Assembly: GCA_030704615.1 (NCBI GenBank)
Contig: CM060733.1
Location: 17,112,001 to 17,176,000, forward strand
DNA from: Takakia lepidozioides
Lineage: Eukaryota; Plantae; Bryophyta
Length of the DNA: 64,000 nt
Direction: 5' to 3'
Shown here: positions 59,501 to 64,000 of the stretch, in pieces
How positions within the stretch are numbered: position 1 is the stretch's first letter
Layout: the number at the start of each line of letters is the position of its first letter
Notes under the pieces: generated by a model
Told to the model about the DNA's origin: nothing
The model's database searches: none
What the model saw: only the letters and a program-made list of their open reading frames with translations
Translations under genes and position numbers: made by a program

Positions 59501-62500
59501 TTGTGAGCTACCAGTCTCTGGGTTTGTCTGCATTGTCCAGCTTCCTCCCACAAACTTCTCAAGTTCTGCATCAAGATTTTGCAAATCCTCCCTACCACAT
59601 CAGACTGAGTGTTTAAGACTGCAGGGTATGGATTCAGGAGCCTTCAATATCTGGTCAACTTCCAAGAAGGAAAAATGTGAAGAGCCTGACAGCTATCCTG
59701 ATAAAGATACTTAAGTCTGGATAAGATGCTGTGAGTTTAAAAATACTGAGGAAAGATTTAAAATCTGCCAGACTATTAGGAAGGTACTGTGTGCTTGTAT
59801 TGAACAACGTTCCTGGTGACTACTGCTCTATGAAACAACACCAAACTGTTCTGAGGTCTGCCCAAGACTGCAGTTTAATTTGGACACTGTGACATACGGT
59901 AGGACTGTCATAAAAATGCCTCCGATGGATGATTCCGGTCTTCAGTAAAGTGATGAGACACTATCACCAAATGTTTCTTCCCTCATACACACAAAATATG
60001 CAGGCTCAGACAGTTGTACTCATAAGACGTTGTTTGCCGTAGCCTTGTGGCCATTGACCCCACGCCCAGTTTGAGCGGGAAGCAGGCTCAGACAGACAAG
60101 GATATGGGAGGCAGACAAACATTCATTTTAGGGACAAAAATAAATGCTACAAACAAACAAGAAATAGTTACCAGAACCCCACCGGACGGCGCCTTGCACG
60201 CAAACCTAAGGCATGAGCAACTGACAGGAATCCTCCTGCAGCCTGAACAGACACATTAAATTCCAGGCTCCACCATCATTCCAGTCATCCTCCTTCCCCT
60301 CAAGCAAGAACGAGTTACATGCAGATCTACTGGGCATCTACAAACTGATTTCAAGCCAGGGTAAACGGAAGTGACTAAAACAGTAAAGGCAACAATTCAA
60401 GAAGCATAGTAAGCTGGGAGAGAAGCAAGGCAATAGCCAACCCACTACATCTTCTAGCAGTCTATCCTGCTTACCATTATCATCTCCACCAGATCTGGCC
60501 TTCTGGCTGCCAAAAGCTGACGCCGTGTGGGCATATACGATTCTGCTTGCTCTTGTGCTGTGGATAGTAAATCTGGCGATCCAGCTTGCTGAGCACCTGA
60601 TGCCACACCCTACTCAAATACAAGGCCACAGGGATGGGAGAGAGTTACGAACATACAAGCTGGTCATACAACACAACAACCTCCAAACACTGCAAAACCA
60701 CACCTGCATAATGTGAGTGCAACTTGGAGCCACAGAGGGTGGAAGAGGGAAAGGAGGAATTGGTGTGAACATTTCCAGAAATAAATGAGCCACAGAGGAC
60801 AGGAGAGAGAGAGAAAAGGAAAGAACAAAACTTTATCATGTGTACAGGAAGCTCAAAGAGAGAGAGAGAGCATTACCACGTACTGCCATCAATTTCTTCT
60901 GATGATCAAAGTACAAGGGAAATTGAAATTCAGGAGGAATGGCCTTTACGTCTCCAAGCTAATTGCCCCACATAGATTGAATTTCTGCCCGGTGCAGAAC
61001 CCGTTGCGCTGGGAGGGTGAGCATAAACATTGAAGCTCCCTCACCCTCTCAACCCCTCCAGACCAACAGGAGTAACAAAGCAAGTACTATCTGGGACGAT
61101 CTCAAAGCAAAACTGGGAGGCACTGCCTCCAAACTGACCAAAGCTGTATTTTGCTGAATTTATGCACGTTAAGAGTTGCGGACAACAAGACAGCCAGCAG
61201 TACAGGTAAAGGCAGTAATACCCTCAAGTTAACAGTGGCCTGTGTTTTCTTCAAGCTGCTGCCAATACCTCCGGGCGTTATCATGCCAAATTCCAGCAAA
61301 GCTGGACGAAGCTTTCTGAGTGCCTCAGGCCGCCTTGCCAACTCCAGGAGCCCCTCAGGTGGCTATAACCCACAAAACACATAAGTCTGATCAATTTCCC
61401 TTCTAAGATTTCAACTGCTAATGACATGTTCTTCAAGCTCATCTTTGGAAAAAATATTGCTGATAAACGCATGAACTGATGGAGGGTATGGGGGCCACCG
61501 TAATCACTAGAGATTGAGAGCTGTTGTCCACTTCCTTGACAAACTCCTCCACCCAAGGAACCTGGAACTCAGTGGCAGGCATGCTGCTGGTATCCACCAC
61601 CTTGAGAACATGTTCGTAAATGGAAGAGGTGCCCACACCATTACAACCAATGGCCATCACCTCTTCCACACAACCCAGCACCTCCCCTGTATCCTTGAGC
61701 ACCACCCTCCAACCTTCCACGTTCCACTTGGTGTCACATACTCCAGCTGCTCTCATACACAACCCACGGTGAACAACTCGGTCAAATAACCACCGCTGGC
61801 TTTTAATGAAGACAACCCTCCGGTAACACCTGCACGATTGTTTAAAATGGTACTACTTCAAAGTGTTACTGTTCTCTCATGCAGTCTAGAAGAATTCTAC
61901 AGCAATCTATCAGGCAATGGCATTTTTATCATTGCACATCTCCAGGAACAAATATGCCAGTCTCTGAAACAAGATGGTATTCTAGAGGTGGTAATAAGTT
62001 GTCTGGTTTGAGGAATCAAGAGCTATACCTTGGGTGGCAGCGCAACTTGAAAGCAAGGTAACAGACACAGTAACGGGCTCCACAAAATTTGCAGGCCGGA
62101 GTGTAGACCCACTTAATGGACACCAGAATCTGCCAGGCACAAGTGCTTTTGTATGAGGAGTTCCCGAGGCAGTGCCCCACCACATCCATGGGATTTTAAC
62201 GAATTACTAAGCTAAAGGGGCTCGACTAGTAAGAAACAAGTCAATCCTCTTGCTGGAGGATTTTTGTTCTGTGTGTGTGAAACAGAGGGAAGTGGGGACC
62301 TTACACACGAGGCAGACCTCAAGCTGAAAGGATGGCCTGTATAGTACTGCACCAATTCTGCTCTGTCTTTTGAAGGCCAAGATATGCACGGCAGCCTTTC
62401 CCTCACTGCAATTCTTCTCTGTCCAGTCCATAATACAGTCCGATGCTGCCATGAACTTTGACAAACGCCAGTGCCCAGGTCATGCCTTGTCAGCCCTTTG

Positions 62501-63960
62501 CTTGCAACCTCCATGGTCGAGATGGCATCACCTTCTTTACATGTCTACCTATTCATGTGTTCCTCGAACAATGCCTCTACCCTTGTCTCTTCCACCCCTG
62601 CAAACAATCATGATCCACCTATTTGATCAACTTCTGCATGAGAGACTAAGGCGCAGCTGAATTCTTATGACATAAGGACAGACAGATGCTACTGTGAAGG
62701 TGCTTTTTGATATGAATGTGCCCAATGCAGTGAAATATTAAACTATTATGCAAGTCTGACAGAGAATTACACCCCTTGCAAGTCCACCCAGAAGCTCTCA
62801 CCTTGCCAAACCTTGTTCTTCCAATTTATTAGGCTGACTTGAAGCCACAATCCTTCTGTCTAACTGTAAAGCAAGATTTCCAACTACAGACAAATGTCTT
62901 ATGGCAGAAGATGCAGAGGAGGTGCAGTCTGTGCTCAAGGCTGCATTCAATCTATCCTGCATATTGCTTATGGGGTCTTGAGGTTTACCATCCATGTGCC
63001 GCAAGTTGACGACTGACCTCATCTCCAACCCTTCAGCATTGGTTTGATTCAGAGATTGCGAGAAAAAGGGTTTTCATCCCCGTGATTTTCCCGCTTGCAG
63101 TACAAAGCCCAACATATATCACTCTGGGCCTCATGGGGCTGAAATGCGTGCTGATCATAGAACTGATGATAACCTGCACCCACAATCAGAGAACCCGCTC
63201 AATTCACTCTTCATTAGTCTCGTAAGGAAGCCACATGCCATATGGAATGCAAGTTACTCTGCCACCCCGGCCCTGTTCTCTCCTTGAATTGGCAACACAG
63301 ACAGTGTTCCTCCCCTTCTTTCTGTTGTATAAAGCTTCGTGAATCCACTAGAGTCCTGTGCCTATAAACACAATTTACAGCCCTTGGACACTACGAGATG
63401 ATGGAACAAGCAATCCTACCATTGGTCAAGCGCTTTCCCAAGCGGATTGCTCACAGGACTACTGCGTAACATAAGCAAGCTGCAGAACTAAACGGTTAGG
63501 TAGAGCTCGCAAGATGATAGCTTTCAGCTAATTGCGTTTTCTTCTCCCACAAGTTGACCACGCAAATATCCACCCCCCAAAAAATACGTGGCTTGTCTAA
63601 TGAAAGTTGGGCGCTTTAACCCCATGCTTGGCTGTGTATTATCGACATAACAGCCATGTATGTGGGCGCTTCATCCCCTCATTTAACTGGAACTGCCTGC
63701 TGGCTTGCTTCGCAAAGCACCATAGCCACTAGCACTGATCTGCTGCAGCTGAGAAGCTCACCATGTTACCCTGTGTGGCTGTGGGTCCTCGGCCTCTCAG
63801 TCCGGCAGTCACAGGCACACTATGGGAGGTGCAATGCAGCAGCAGGGTGCAAAACATGGGCGTCGTAAGAGCATCTAGCAGGTCCGAAGAGGCTGTCGCT
63901 TCATCTTCTTCGTCAGACTCCTTGCTGTCGTCTGAAAACATTCTCCGTGCTCTCGCTGGT
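56505..63960 (-). CDS. Multi-exon host gene: RimM/PRC-barrel-like segment followed by several P(T)xxELxxxGRxDLxxAIxxxGG repeats; 5' end uncertain or outside the window
   Basis: VEGWRVVLKDTGEVLGCVEEV..VLKV..QVPWVEEFVKEVD (PRC barrel). Repeats MPTRRQLLAARRPDLVEMI, MPRQRTVKEAGRYDLHHA|IMMHGGYKEVARQLG, FPTVTELRAQNRTDLIMAIRKYGG, WPTQSELLADGRKDL. Exon structure only partly resolved; possible frameshifts. Confidence 0.6.
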
Positions 63961-64000
63961 GATGGTAGGCATCCAAACTGTTGGTGTACTAGTGTCCTCA

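Overview
Eukaryotic nuclear DNA from a land plant, probably non-seed. Evidence: GT-AG introns, PLS/E/DYW-type PPR relics, an intact MPH2/TL16.5 gene and a mitochondrial-type tRNA-Leu insertion. Positions 1-52.5 kb are a scrambled transposon nest; 52.9-64 kb holds two multi-exon host genes. The main result is three diverged copies (here called B, C, D) of one Mutator-like (MULE) family. Each has a 9-bp TSD, a 21-bp terminal signature ending CRTGAGC, a GCM-MULE(DDE)-SWIM transposase, and a divergently transcribed, intron-rich gene fusing a ParB/Srx-like domain to a bacterial-style beta-class DNA amino-methyltransferase (motif IV is DIPD rather than DPPY). Each copy also carries its own array of CpG-cored palindromes. 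Copy B (15802-27069) is structurally complete and nested in an intron of copy C. C and D are broken by inversions that can be reconstructed from TSD pairs and split genes (a PPR gene, a SEC-C motif gene, a Gypsy gag, a CACTA transposase). All copies carry frameshifts or stops, so none is shown to be active. Domain calls come from motif recognition by eye, not database searches.
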